Notes: generated by a model not told the origin, from the letters alone. 32,000 nucleotides of DNA from Crocosphaera watsonii WH 8501 (GCF_050563455.1 NZ_CP191777.1:3603845-3635844), one strand, 5' to 3'; numbered from the stretch's first letter, positions 1-9,322 are shown. Made by a program: numbers and translations.

Positions 1-863
1 CTAATGCTTGCCTTAGTTAAGCCACTGATATAATCCAATCCTTCTACTGGTTTCACCAACTCTTTAATATTTGAAGACGTTAAAATACCTCTATCTGTCA
101 CCCACACCACATTCTTAACCTCAAATCGTTTCCTAACTTTCTCTATTTGACTTTCTAATGTGCTAGTATCCGAGGTGTTTCCTTCAAAAACTTCTACAGC
201 GACAGGACAACCATTTTGGTCACAAAGTAGTCCAAAGACTATTTGGGTTTTTCCCTTCTTCTTATCTCGATTATATCCATATTTTCCTAATTCACATCCG
301 TTCCCTTCTAGGTAGGTTGAGGTGACATCATATAAAACTAATGAGCCATTATTGAGATGAAGACTAGCTAATTTATTTTCAATTTTCTCTTGTTTATTGA
401 CTAACCAATCCAAAGCATCATAGAGTTCGTCTTCATCAGCTTTTTCTAAGTTTAACACTTTTCCTAAACTATTACTAAAAGTTTTCTCATGAAATCCTCT
501 GGCTGTGGCTAATTTAGATTTAGGATTGATAATTCTCGCAATTATCATACCCAAAACTAAGTTTCTAGTTCGAGAAGAAGTTTTGGCAATTATCTTATCT
601 AACCCTAACTTTTTAATGGTTTCTAATATAACCATCACATGACCATGAGGACGACTTCTTATCACCTCAAAATTATCGGGTATCGTTTCAGTCATTGAAA
701 CTTTCGCCCCTTTTAATACCAGTTTCATATTATCAACAACTTCATCTGGCAATGTTGATAGATTTGCCAGGGTTCTTTTTTTGACTCTCTCTCCTTCTCT
801 GTAAGATTCACGAAGCAGAACAGCCGGGGGGGAATTTCTATTCGGAACTCGCTCCATATACAT
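1..863 (-). CDS. IS4/IS1634-like DDE transposase, N-terminal ~287 codons; the gene continues past the left window edge
   Basis: Not in the supplied ORF track because it is open at the window edge. My minus-strand translation from ATG 863 (second ATG at 857) is stop-free to base 1: MYMERVPNRNSPPAVLLRESYREGERVKKRTLANLS...SLVLYDVTSTYLEGNGCELGKYGYNRDKKKGKTQIVFGLLCDQNGCPVAVEVFEGNTSDTS...NVVWVTDRGILTS. I associate the YDVTSTY-EG / GYxRD...Q / V-DRG layout with IS1634-group IS4 transposases. Confidence 0.6.
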   Translation of the reverse strand, partial: MYMERVPNRNSPPAVLLRESYREGERVKKRTLANLSTLPDEVVDNMKLVLKGAKVSMTETIPDNFEVIRSRPHGHVMVILETIKKLGLDKIIAKTSSRTRNLVLGMIIARIINPKSKLATARGFHEKTFSNSLGKVLNLEKADEDELYDALDWLVNKQEKIENKLASLHLNNGSLVLYDVTSTYLEGNGCELGKYGYNRDKKKGKTQIVFGLLCDQNGCPVAVEVFEGNTSDTSTLESQIEKVRKRFEVKNVVWVTDRGILTSSNIKELVKPVEGLDYISGLTKASI

Positions 864-1108
864 GACTACTATTTTAGCAAATAGAGAGAATCCCTGTCCA
901 TTAAGATATGTTATCATATACATGGGTACAGCACCGGAGTCTAATCGCTGTATCCCTTCATAGATAAGGGTTTCAAGGCTCTATAGTAGATATGTATGGG
1001 GGAAGTTCAGATATAGAATAATCATTCAATGGTCAGATGAAGATGACTGTTTTTTAGTCGCATTACCCGATTTTCCAGGTCAATATTGGCGAACTCATGG
1101 AGATACTT

Positions 1109-2801
1109 AGGGTTTGCTGAATAAAAGCAAAACCCTATTCTTTAAAAGGTTACACCCATATTCGCGATCGCAAAAAAGATCAGCTTTGTCGGCTACAAAC
1201 CGCTATAATTGGTAGAAACACCTCCCAGTTGTTGGTCAAGAACAAATGTATCGAAAAGAGGAGCAACCTTTACCGCCCCCAGAAAAATTTGAATTACCTT
1301 TCGAGGGCAAATTGTCCCCCAATAATCGTTGGGTAATCATGGCAGAGTTGATACCTTGGGATGATTTTGAGGAAGAATGTGCTAAACTTTTTTCAGCAGA
1401 AAAAGGTGCGCCAGCCAAACTATTTAGAATGGCATTAGGGACATTAATTATTAAGGAAAAATTAGGAACAAGTGATAGAGAAACTATAGAACAGATTAGA
1501 GAAAATCCCTATCTACAATACTTTATAGGTTTAAATTGTTATCAACAAGAGCCACCACTGGAATCTTCAATGCTAGTTCATTTTAGGAAAAGAATTGATG
1601 GAGAATTGATAAACAAAATCAATAAAAAAATAGTAAAAAGAGAAATAGACAAGAGTGATAAAGAAGTAAAAAAAAAGGATTGTCTCCAAGAAAAAGGAGA
1701 AAAAATAAAAAATAAAGGTAAACTAGTTTTAGATGCGACTTGTGCGCCAGCAGACATCAAATACCCAACGGATTTAGGCATATTAAATCAAGCCAGAATT
1801 GAGACAGAAAGAATAATAGATAATCTTTATAAACCATTAAGAGTAAAATTGAGAAAAAAGCCGAGAACTTCTAGAAAAATTGCTAGAAAGGAATACTTAA
1901 AAGTAGCTAAAAAACGAAAAGTATCTTATCAAGAAAGAAGAAAAGCTATCGGGAAACAGTTAAAATACCTTAAGAAAAATTTAGGAAATATAGAAGACTT
2001 AATTCAAGCTGGGGCTTCCCAGGAAAATCTGAGTAAAAGACAGAAAAATTGTCTAGAGACTATCAAAAAAGTTTATGAACAACAACAGTCAATGTGGGAG
2101 AATAAGACCCAGAGTGTTCCTCAAAGAATTGTAAGTTTAACTCAACGGCATATTCGTCCAATAGTGAGGGGAAAAGCAGGAAAACCAATAGAGTTTGGAG
2201 CTAAACTCTCAGTAAGCTGTGTAGATAACTATGTGTTTCTAGACAAAATAAGTTGGGAAAACTTCAATGAATCTTGTCATTTAAAAGAACAAGTAGAAAA
2301 GTATAAAGAAACGTTTGGCTATTATCCCGAATCCGTCCATGTAGATAAAATTTATCGAACTAGGGAAAACAGAAATTGGTGTAAGGAAAGAGGGATAAGA
2401 ATCAGTGGTCCGAAGTTAGGAAGACCTCCGAAAAATGTCAGTGAAGAAGAAAAGAAACAAGCCCACTCCGATGAATGCTTCCGTAATGCTATTGAGGGAA
2501 AGTTTGGACAAGCTAAACGAAGATTTAGCCTAAATCTCGTGATGACAAAACTCCCTGAAACCTCCATTACATCTATTGCTATTACATTTTTAGTTGTCAA
2601 TCTTTCTAAACTTCTGAGGCAGTTTTTGTCGCTTTTTTTGTCCTTATTTACTAATAATAGAACAGGGGAACTCATCAAACCGCCTTTCATTAATTTTGAT
2701 TATACTTTAAACAATTTTTATGTACTAAAACTTATTGATTTGTCAGAAAATTCTTGGTCAAAAGTGGCATAAATTTTGGAGAAACTTTTTCAGCAAACCC
2801 T
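1109..2801 (+). mobile_element. 1693-bp IS element, copy 1 (IS5/IS1182-superfamily), TSD ACTT
   Basis: 13-bp perfect terminal inverted repeats AGGGTTTGCTGAA (1109-1121) and TTCAGCAAACCCT (2789-2801). Direct ACTT at 1105-1108 and 2802-2805. The same unit recurs at 7630-9322 and, inverted, at 22854-24546. Confidence 0.9.
1246..2772 (+). CDS. IS transposase, 508 aa (DUF772-like N-terminus plus DDE domain)
   Basis: Intact 508-aa ORF. The N-terminal LPFEGKLSPNNRWVIMAELIPWDDFE...LFRMALGTLIIKEKLGTSDRE is DUF772-like. LDATCAPADIKYPTDLGILN looks like the first DDE Asp region of IS5/IS1182-type enzymes. It lies inside the IR-bounded unit. Confidence 0.85.
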   Translation: MYRKEEQPLPPPEKFELPFEGKLSPNNRWVIMAELIPWDDFEEECAKLFSAEKGAPAKLFRMALGTLIIKEKLGTSDRETIEQIRENPYLQYFIGLNCYQQEPPLESSMLVHFRKRIDGELINKINKKIVKREIDKSDKEVKKKDCLQEKGEKIKNKGKLVLDATCAPADIKYPTDLGILNQARIETERIIDNLYKPLRVKLRKKPRTSRKIARKEYLKVAKKRKVSYQERRKAIGKQLKYLKKNLGNIEDLIQAGASQENLSKRQKNCLETIKKVYEQQQSMWENKTQSVPQRIVSLTQRHIRPIVRGKAGKPIEFGAKLSVSCVDNYVFLDKISWENFNESCHLKEQVEKYKETFGYYPESVHVDKIYRTRENRNWCKERGIRISGPKLGRPPKNVSEEEKKQAHSDECFRNAIEGKFGQAKRRFSLNLVMTKLPETSITSIAITFLVVNLSKLLRQFLSLFLSLFTNNRTGELIKPPFINFDYTLNNFYVLKLIDLSENSWSKVA

Positions 2802-2989
2802 ACTTATGAAAAAGTAGTTGCTAACGCCAAAGAAGCAATAGAATCCCTAATTATTGCTTATGAAGCTGATAACGAACCCTTACCAAAACCCTTAATTGTT
2901 AATACTATTTTATGACTCTTAAAAAATATTCAAGAAGCAATTGCACTTTATCTAGAAGTTTTGCAAGAAAGAGGTTAATTAATTCCCGA

Positions 2990-3328
2990 TTACAAAAATT
3001 CAATATGATTAAACATTTCTTCTGGTTCAAGTATTTCCCAAATTAAAAGTAAACCTTTTATAATTGCACCAATAGACTTACTTTGTTGAGGACAATAAAC
3101 AATTCCTGCATGAGTTGTTTCTAATATATTTATTCTTAGAAAATCAGTATCTTGAGTAAAAATAACTCGTCTATGTAACAAAGAATATTGTAACTGAATT
3201 TCATCTGATACCCCTAATAATCCCTCTTCAGGAGTTGTAGTAACATCAACTTCCCTATATCTTAATCCAGAAGCGATCGCCTGACTAACGTTTTCATCTA
3301 AGTGAAATTTAATCTTTTCTTTCATCAA
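2990..3328 (-). CDS. DUF5615-type PIN-like protein (putative toxin)
   Basis: 112-aa ORF, MMKEKIKFHLDENVSQAIASGLRYREVDVTT...VIFTQDTDF. Its start overlaps the 3' end of the upstream DUF433 gene by 20 nt. DUF433/DUF5615 pairs are common putative TA modules in cyanobacteria (recollection). Confidence 0.6.
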   Translation of the reverse strand: MMKEKIKFHLDENVSQAIASGLRYREVDVTTTPEEGLLGVSDEIQLQYSLLHRRVIFTQDTDFLRINILETTHAGIVYCPQQSKSIGAIIKGLLLIWEILEPEEMFNHIEFL

Positions 3329-3629
3329 TATTTTTAATTTTTTCTCTGACTAAAGAAGGCGTTTTAGCTTGCATTTCCCTAGTAAAAATTTCATCATCTT
3401 CAATATCTTTTCTAATTTCTTCTAGATGATCATGATAATAAGATAAAGCAGCATAAACATCAGCTAAAGTGATGCTTGGATAGTGATAAACAATTTCATC
3501 AGGAGACATTCCCATCCTTTCATGCCAAATTACCACATCTTGTACTTTAATACGATGTCCAGCAATACGAGGTTTCCCCCCACATACCCCTGGTGTAATT
3601 TCAATATGATTGATTATTATTGGTGTCAT
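3309..3629 (-). CDS. DUF433 domain protein (putative antitoxin partner)
   Basis: ITPGVCGGKPRIAGHRIKVQDVVIWHERMGMSPDEIVYHYPSITLADVYAALSYY matches the DUF433 signature (CGGKP-I-G-RI-V..V). It overlaps the downstream PIN-like gene. Confidence 0.65.
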   Translation of the reverse strand: MTPIIINHIEITPGVCGGKPRIAGHRIKVQDVVIWHERMGMSPDEIVYHYPSITLADVYAALSYYHDHLEEIRKDIEDDEIFTREMQAKTPSLVREKIKNIDERKD

Positions 3630-3674
3630 AATTAATCTTTTTGGAACATTAATCCCCTTAACTTCTCACTTCGT

Positions 3675-4211
3675 TTAAGATAGCCAACGAGCTAATTTTT
3701 CCTGAGATTGAGTATCCAAACAATTAAATAATAAACGTCCTCGACTGCGTTTATTACTCTGTTGTTTCCGTTTAACTTGAGAACGAGAAGATTGAATATC
3801 TTTCGCTAAAACATCCACCGACATCCATTCTGCACCGTAACCCATAGCCGTCAAATATTGATCTCGATCTGATGTAGCGACTATAATGCGATCGTGGTCA
3901 GTCTCTTGGCGACTGAAAAAAGCAGCACAGACTTTTTCTATGTATGTGTCGGCAGTCTGTGTCCAAGCAGTAAAACAGATAGAAAGATGCTGGGAATGAT
4001 GTTCAATAGTAGAGGGAGTCTTTTGGTATTGAGAGTCAAAGACAACCCGAGTCTTATATCCTTTGTGGACAGTGTAGTTGATTAAAGTCTCCACCAATTC
4101 ATGCCTCGCTTGTTCTAAACCGTGGCGATCGCGGGTGGCTTTTAGGGAAGACCAGGAACCAATGATATTATAGCCGTCGACGAGTAATAAGGGTGTAATA
4201 GAAGAGTACAT
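3675..4211 (-). CDS. NYN-domain / YacP (Rae1)-like predicted ribonuclease
   Basis: 178-aa ORF. LLVDGYNIIGSW...VVFDS...IIVATSDRDQ is the YacP/NYN acidic-residue pattern, followed by a basic C-terminal tail. Confidence 0.6.
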   Translation of the reverse strand: MYSSITPLLLVDGYNIIGSWSSLKATRDRHGLEQARHELVETLINYTVHKGYKTRVVFDSQYQKTPSTIEHHSQHLSICFTAWTQTADTYIEKVCAAFFSRQETDHDRIIVATSDRDQYLTAMGYGAEWMSVDVLAKDIQSSRSQVKRKQQSNKRSRGRLLFNCLDTQSQEKLARWLS

Positions 4212-4394
4212 TTTTCTGAACAGTGATCATAGATTGTTAGCATTTTTGTGGCATACGTCCCCTAATCTTAACAAAGAATTTACCTTATGGCGAATCAAAA
4301 TATGATGATCTCCTGAAATTTCCGAGTTTGCTATTTCCCACAAAACCCTTACCATAGAAGCAGAAAGCTTGCATAGTCACCTATCATCGCCATT

Positions 4395-4652
4395 ATGGAT
4401 ACAATTATTAATGTCATTACTTCGTTACCTCTAGATACCCTGATCACTGCTGGGTTGTATCTAGGGCTAAGTGCGCTCTATCTGTTAATCATGCCAGGAT
4501 TTGTTTATTTTTACCTTAATACTCGTTGGTATGTAGCTAGTTCTTTTGAAAGAGCTTTCATGTACTTTTTGATGTTCTTTTTCTTCCCTGGAGTGCTTCT
4601 ACTAAGCCCTTTTTTAAACTTTCGCCCCAAACGCCGACAAGTTAACCCTTAA
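4395..4652 (+). CDS. ndhL: NDH-1 (NAD(P)H-quinone oxidoreductase) subunit L
   Basis: 85-aa two-TM protein with [50 protein letters not shown], the conserved NdhL core. The ndhL - small membrane protein - trpA order is, as I recall, conserved in cyanobacteria. Confidence 0.7.
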   Translation: MDTIINVITSLPLDTLITAGLYLGLSALYLLIMPGFVYFYLNTRWYVASSFERAFMYFLMFFFFPGVLLLSPFLNFRPKRRQVNP

Positions 4653-4690
4653 TTTCCCTTAATATACAAAAAAACACCTGATAGGCCATC

Positions 4691-4990
4691 ATGAGAAGAA
4701 TCGATGTTATCACCGTTAGCTTAGCAATTTTTGTAGGAGGAGGTCTCCTCTACATCGTTTTTCAAGCCATCGGTTTAGATGGCCTATCCGCAGGGGTGTG
4801 GAGTCAAGCGTTGTTAGTGATCGTTGTCTTAGCTTGGACTTCAAGCTATCTGTTTCGAGTGGCCAACAAAGATATGACCTACAATCAACAACTGAAAGAC
4901 TACGAAGATGCTGTATTACAAAAACGCCTCGAAGAGATGACCCCGGAAGAATTAGAAAAATTGCAACAAGAAATTGAACAAGAAGAATAA
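4691..4990 (+). CDS. DUF3007-like small membrane protein
   Basis: 99 aa with two hydrophobic helices followed by an acidic coiled tail (EEMTPEELEKLQQEIEQEE). It sits between ndhL and trpA. Confidence 0.5.
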   Translation: MRRIDVITVSLAIFVGGGLLYIVFQAIGLDGLSAGVWSQALLVIVVLAWTSSYLFRVANKDMTYNQQLKDYEDAVLQKRLEEMTPEELEKLQQEIEQEE

Positions 4991-5109
4991 TTACCTGATA
5001 TTCAGGGATTTTACTACCTTAAGCGTTAGTTATAAATCTTAAAGATTCAGAAAATAAACCCCAATTCAGGGTAAATTGATGAATGGTAATCTAGCTTGAG
5101 TTGACCCCA

Positions 5110-5904
5110 ATGACATCGGTTTCTGATTGTTTTCAATCCCTACGCGATCGCGGACAATGCGCCCTTATTCCCTTCATTACCGCAGGTGATCCGGATCTTG
5201 ACACCACAGCCAAAGCATTACGGGTTCTCGATGCTTCAGGTGCCGATATCATCGAGTTAGGGGTTCCCTATTCTGATCCTTTGGCCGATGGTCCGGTTAT
5301 CCAAGCCGCAGCCACTCGGGCTTTAGGTCGAGGGGTGAAGTTAGAAGATGTCCTCAAAATTGTTAAAGAGGTGCAACCAGAAATTAAAGCCCCGATCATC
5401 TTATTTACCTACTATAACCCGATTTTTTATCGAGGGGTTGAACCCTTTCTACAACAAATTAAAGCTGCTGGTGTACAAGGGTTAGTGGTTCCTGACTTAC
5501 CCCTAGAAGAAGCTGAAACTTTACTTAAACCTGCTGCTGCCATGGGGATCGAAGTTACATTATTGGTTGCCCCTACCAGTCCCATAGAACGTATTCAAGC
5601 GATCGCTACTCAGTCTCAAGGCTTTATCTATTTAGTCAGTGTCACCGGAGTAACTGGCATGAGAACCCAAGTAGGCAGCAGAGTGGAAGAATTACTGAAA
5701 AATCTTCGTAGCACCACAAATAAGCCCATTGGGGTCGGATTTGGAATTTCTGAACCTGAACACGCTTTACAGGTCAAAAATTGGGGGTCTGATGCAGTAA
5801 TTGTCGGTAGTGCTTGCGTTAAACGCCTAGCACAAGGAACCCCAGAAGAAGGCTTAAACTCACTGGCTACATTTTGCCAAAGTCTTAAACAAGCACTTCT
5901 ATGA
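5110..5904 (+). CDS. trpA: tryptophan synthase alpha chain
   Basis: [16 protein letters not shown]...[18 protein letters not shown]...YYNPI...[13 protein letters not shown]...GFGIS are canonical TrpA motifs. I prefer ATG 5110 over the track's TTG 5101 as the start. Confidence 0.9.
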   Translation: MTSVSDCFQSLRDRGQCALIPFITAGDPDLDTTAKALRVLDASGADIIELGVPYSDPLADGPVIQAAATRALGRGVKLEDVLKIVKEVQPEIKAPIILFTYYNPIFYRGVEPFLQQIKAAGVQGLVVPDLPLEEAETLLKPAAAMGIEVTLLVAPTSPIERIQAIATQSQGFIYLVSVTGVTGMRTQVGSRVEELLKNLRSTTNKPIGVGFGISEPEHALQVKNWGSDAVIVGSACVKRLAQGTPEEGLNSLATFCQSLKQALL

Positions 5905-6124
5905 TTAATATAGCGAAGTTGAAATATTTAAGAAAGTTGTTATCATATTAAGGAATGTTAATGTTATACTCATGGGTATAATTAGGGTCATTGTAGCTCT
6001 AACTGCCTGTATGTAAGCACTTGAGGCATAAGGGCAACGCTGCCTCAAAATATTTAGTAAACATTACTCCATAAAACTCAATCAAGTTTTGTAACTTCCT
6101 TAATTTTCTCATAGCTTCTTAATC

Positions 6125-6658
6125 ATGAATAAATCAATACTCAGTTTAGTTTTCAAACCCAACGTCACCCCTAACATCCCTTCCCAAACCGCTTGGGCTA
6201 TTTTTCGGATGGTTGTGGGTTTAATGATGATCCATAACGGACTAGATAAGCTCGGTAATATCGAAAGCTTTGCCGAAGCTTATGTATCTTATATTGGACT
6301 ACCTTTCCCTATTTTCTTTAGTTATGTAGCTGCATTTACTGAATTAATCGGTGCGCCTTTAGTTGCCATTGGTTTATTCACTCGTCCTGCTGCATTAGGG
6401 TTATTTTCAACCATGCTCGTCGCTATGTACCATCACATCTTAGTAGCAGGGTTTAGTGTTGCTTATCTCGAACTTTCTGCTATCTATGCAGTTTGTTTCC
6501 TTTTCTTCTTGATTAATGGTGCTGGTTTATTCTCCACCGATGCTTTAATCTTAAACTTGTTAGATAATCAAGCTTTAACCCAAAAAGCAAAGCAAATCAT
6601 GTTATTAGAAAAGTCTTATCAAGCTTCTTCTGATAAAAAAGAAGCACAAGTAAGATAG
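6125..6658 (+). CDS. DoxX-family membrane protein
   Basis: 177 aa and polytopic. IFRMVVGLMMIHNGLDKL...ELIGAPLVAIGLFTRPAALGL is the DoxX pattern. Confidence 0.65.
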   Translation: MNKSILSLVFKPNVTPNIPSQTAWAIFRMVVGLMMIHNGLDKLGNIESFAEAYVSYIGLPFPIFFSYVAAFTELIGAPLVAIGLFTRPAALGLFSTMLVAMYHHILVAGFSVAYLELSAIYAVCFLFFLINGAGLFSTDALILNLLDNQALTQKAKQIMLLEKSYQASSDKKEAQVR

Positions 6659-6673
6659 ATTTTTACAGTTTTG

Positions 6674-6715
6674 TTTGCTCTAAAATTCTGCTTTGAAGCG
6701 GACTTTTAGAGCAAA
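6674..6715. terminator. 12-bp-stem hairpin between convergent genes
   Basis: TTTGCTCTAAAA (6674-6685) pairs with TTTTAGAGCAAA (6704-6715) across an 18-nt loop, 16 nt after the DoxX stop. There is no clean U-tract on either strand. Confidence 0.35.
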
Positions 6716-6813
6716 AATTAATCTGATTACTATACTATAAAGTATAAGCAATCAATAACTACTAACATTTTTCTAGTTCTTTAGTTTCATCTGTTAATCT
6801 AGAAAGAGCATAA

Positions 6814-7146
6814 TTAAAAATAATGACAACCTAACTGACAATAAGCAGTGGGTTGAATAACTAAATAAAGATTCTCATCTTCTGCAATAGTTGATTGGTT
6901 CTGTTGAATAATTGTTTGTAACTCATTTCCCTCTTCAGGTACTAATAATTCAATATTAATTAATTCTGCTAACATCTCGGAGGGAATTTGTTGAAACTGT
7001 CCTTGTTCAATTAAACTCCAACTTTCTTCATCAATAACCCGAAACATTGCTGTTCTAGTTACATAAATTGCTCGTTTAGTTCGTTCTTCCACTTGATCAA
7101 ATAGAGGACGACTTACTCGATAGTAATGAGATAATTTGAGATTCAT
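6814..7146 (-). pseudogene. N-terminal remnant of a radical-SAM peptide-maturase-type gene
   Basis: The ORF ends ...LYLVIQPTAYCQLGCHYF*, so it stops inside the expected CxxxCxxC cluster motif (CQLGCHY then F-stop instead of Cys). About 95 residues precede the motif, the size and position of an N-terminal RiPP-recognition-type domain. No downstream continuation in any frame. Confidence 0.55.
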
Positions 7147-7272
7147 TATTTTTCCTCAAAATTGAATGAATAAAATTGATAGTAAGTCAAATGTTTTGAT
7201 TAACTTACTATCCCGGAATTTGCACAATTCAAGTTTAGTTAATTAGAAGGTTGCTACAGTTTTAAAGAAAAT

Positions 7273-7306
7273 GAGTTTGATAAAATCTCTGACAATTATC
7301 AAACTC
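7273..7306 (-). terminator. intrinsic-terminator-like hairpin after the small ORF
   Basis: GAGTTTGATAA (7273-7283) pairs with TTATCAAACTC (7296-7306). On the minus strand it starts 11 nt after the small-ORF stop and is followed by AUUUUCUUUAAAA. Confidence 0.4.
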
Positions 7307-7317
7307 TCAAAAGACTT

Positions 7318-7398
7318 TTAGCGTCCAAGTTGACCAATAGAATGGTTAATATGATTAGCACGATTAGTTAAAGTTTGACTAGGCTTTGCGAGTGCCAT
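7318..7398 (-). CDS. 26-aa small ORF (MALAKPSQTLTNRANHINHSIGQLGR), speculative
   Basis: Hand-translated. Same strand as the radical-SAM remnant and ~170 nt upstream of it, with its own hairpin. No recognisable RBS and no homology evidence. Confidence 0.2.
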   Translation of the reverse strand: MALAKPSQTLTNRANHINHSIGQLGR

Positions 7399-7629
7399 TA
7401 TTAGACATTTTTGTTAACCTATAAGTAGTTTATTTTTGCAAGGGCTAATCCTTATGTTAAAGCAGTTGAAACTCCTAGTAAGTGTTGTGTTGTACTTAAG
7501 CTTTAAGGCATAAGCCCTTGTTTTGTTATTAAACATATTAACCAACTCTTTAAGGGGATGTCAGTCCCAAATTTGAAGAAATTTTTTTTATTTTTAATTC
7601 TATTTAAGTAGATAAAAGTAGAAATAAAT

Positions 7630-9322
7630 AGGGTTTGCTGAATAAAAGCAAAACCCTATTCTTTAAAAGGTTACACCCATATTCGCGATCGCAAAAAAGA
7701 TCAGCTTTGTCGGCTACAAACCGCTATAATTGGTAGAAACACCTCCCAGTTGTTGGTCAAGAACAAATGTATCGAAAAGAGGAGCAACCTTTACCGCCCC
7801 CAGAAAAATTTGAATTACCTTTCGAGGGCAAATTGTCCCCCAATAATCGTTGGGTAATCATGGCAGAGTTGATACCTTGGGATGATTTTGAGGAAGAATA
7901 TGCTAAACTTTTTTCAGCAGAAAAAGGTGCGCCAGCCAAACTATTTAGAATGGCATTAGGGACATTAATTATTAAGGAAAAATTAGGAACAAGTGATAGA
8001 GAAACTATAGAACAGATTAGAGAAAATCCCTATCTACAATACTTTATAGGTTTAAATTGTTATCAACAAGAGCCACCACTGGAATCTTCAATGCTAGTTC
8101 ATTTTAGGAAAAGAATTGATGGAGAATTGATAAACAAAATCAATAAAAAAATAGTAAAAAGGGAAATAGACAAGAGTGATAAAGAAGTAAAAAAAAAGGA
8201 TTGTCTCCAAGAAAAAGGAGAAAAAATAAAAAATAAAGGTAAACTAATTTTAGATGCGACTTGTGCGCCAGCAGACATCAAATACCCAACGGATTTAGGC
8301 ATATTAAATCAAGCCAGAATTGAGACAGAAAGAATAATAGATAATCTTTATAAACCATTAAGAGTAAAATTGAGAAAAAAGCCGAGAACTTCTAGAAAAA
8401 TTGCTAGAAAGGAATACTTAAAAGTAGCTAAAAAACGAAAAGTATCTTATCAAGAAAGAAGAAAAGCTATCGGGAAACAGTTAAAATACCTTAAGAAAAA
8501 TTTAGGAAATATAGAAGACTTAATTCAAGCTGGGGCTTCCCTGGAAAATCTGAGTAAAAGACAGAAAAATTGTCTAGAGACTATCAAAAAAGTTTATGAA
8601 CAACAACAGTCAATGTGGGAGAATAAGACCCAGAGTGTTCCTCAAAGAATTGTAAGTTTAACTCAACCGCATATTCGTCCAATAGTGAGGGGAAAAGCAG
8701 GAAAACCAATAGAGTTTGGAGCTAAACTCTCAGTAAGCTGTGTAGATAACTATGTGTTTCTAGACAAAATAAGTTTGGAAAACTTCAATGAATCTTGTCA
8801 TTTAAAAGAACAAGTAGAAAAGTATAAAGAAACGTTTGGCTATTATCCCGAATCCGTCCATGTAGATAAAATTTATCGAACTAGGGAAAACAGAAATTGG
8901 TGTAAGGAAAGAGGGATAAGAATCAGTGGTCCGAAGTTAGGAAGACCTCCGAAAAATGTCAGTGAAGAAGAAAAGAAACAAGCCCACTCCGATGAATGCT
9001 TCCGTAATGCTATTGAGGGAAAGTTTGGACAAGCTAAACGAAGATTTAGCCTAAATCTCGTGATGACAAAACTCCCTGAAACCTCCATTACATCTATTGC
9101 TATTACATTTTTAGTTGTCAATCTTTCTAAACTTCTGAGGCAGTTTTTGTCGCTTTTTTTGTCCTTATTTACTAATAATAGAACAGGGGAACTCATCAAA
9201 CCGCCTTTTATTAATTTTGATTATACTTTAAACAATTTTTGTGTACTGAAACTTATTGATTTGTCAGAAAATTCTTGGTCAAAAGTGGCATAAATTTTGG
9301 AGAAACTTTTTCAGCAAACCCT
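7630..9322 (+). mobile_element. 1693-bp IS element, copy 2, TSD AAAT, intergenic
   Basis: IRs at 7630-7642 and 9310-9322. Direct AAAT at 7626-7629 and 9323-9326. Confidence 0.9.
7767..9293 (+). CDS. IS transposase, 508 aa (copy 2)
   Basis: Differs from the copy 1 protein at 6 residues (C/Y, V/I, Q/L, R/P, W/L, Y/C). The ORF is intact. Confidence 0.85.
   Translation: MYRKEEQPLPPPEKFELPFEGKLSPNNRWVIMAELIPWDDFEEEYAKLFSAEKGAPAKLFRMALGTLIIKEKLGTSDRETIEQIRENPYLQYFIGLNCYQQEPPLESSMLVHFRKRIDGELINKINKKIVKREIDKSDKEVKKKDCLQEKGEKIKNKGKLILDATCAPADIKYPTDLGILNQARIETERIIDNLYKPLRVKLRKKPRTSRKIARKEYLKVAKKRKVSYQERRKAIGKQLKYLKKNLGNIEDLIQAGASLENLSKRQKNCLETIKKVYEQQQSMWENKTQSVPQRIVSLTQPHIRPIVRGKAGKPIEFGAKLSVSCVDNYVFLDKISLENFNESCHLKEQVEKYKETFGYYPESVHVDKIYRTRENRNWCKERGIRISGPKLGRPPKNVSEEEKKQAHSDECFRNAIEGKFGQAKRRFSLNLVMTKLPETSITSIAITFLVVNLSKLLRQFLSLFLSLFTNNRTGELIKPPFINFDYTLNNFCVLKLIDLSENSWSKVA

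Larger units (their letters stand above)
964..2915 (+). pseudogene. HicB-like (UPF0150-type) antitoxin gene split by IS copy 1
   Basis: Positions 1009-1108 read RYRIIIQWSDEDDCFLVALPDFPGQYWRTHGDT. Removing the IS plus one ACTT copy lets the frame continue at 2806-2915 as YEKVVANAKEAIESLIIAYEADNEPLPKPLIVNTIL*. This pattern is typical of HicB-family antitoxins. The frame is open from 964 but has no in-frame start. ATG 996-998 is one base out of frame across a G5 run (998-1002). Confidence 0.6.

Noticed and set aside
1236-2690. Antisense ORFs inside the 1693-bp IS (60, 67 and 112 aa), repeated in all three copies (also 7757-9199 and 22965-24419)
   Set aside because: They recur only because the IS copies are near-identical. 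They have low-complexity, Ser/Phe/Leu-rich compositions typical of the reverse strand of a Lys/Glu-rich gene, and no independent signal.
2912-3058. ATG-initiated ~48-codon plus-strand ORF starting at 2912, overlapping the end of the PIN-like gene
   Set aside because: It has no motif support. A different frame of the same DNA gives the antitoxin-like C-terminal scrap, and the 3' part overlaps a supported minus-strand gene.
7439-7520. Long-range complementarity CAAGGGCT...AGCCCTTG with partially matching inner arms, a possible structured RNA upstream of the small ORF
   Set aside because: Only the outer 8 bp pair cleanly and the inner arms need many mismatches. I could not build a convincing fold or match a known riboswitch.
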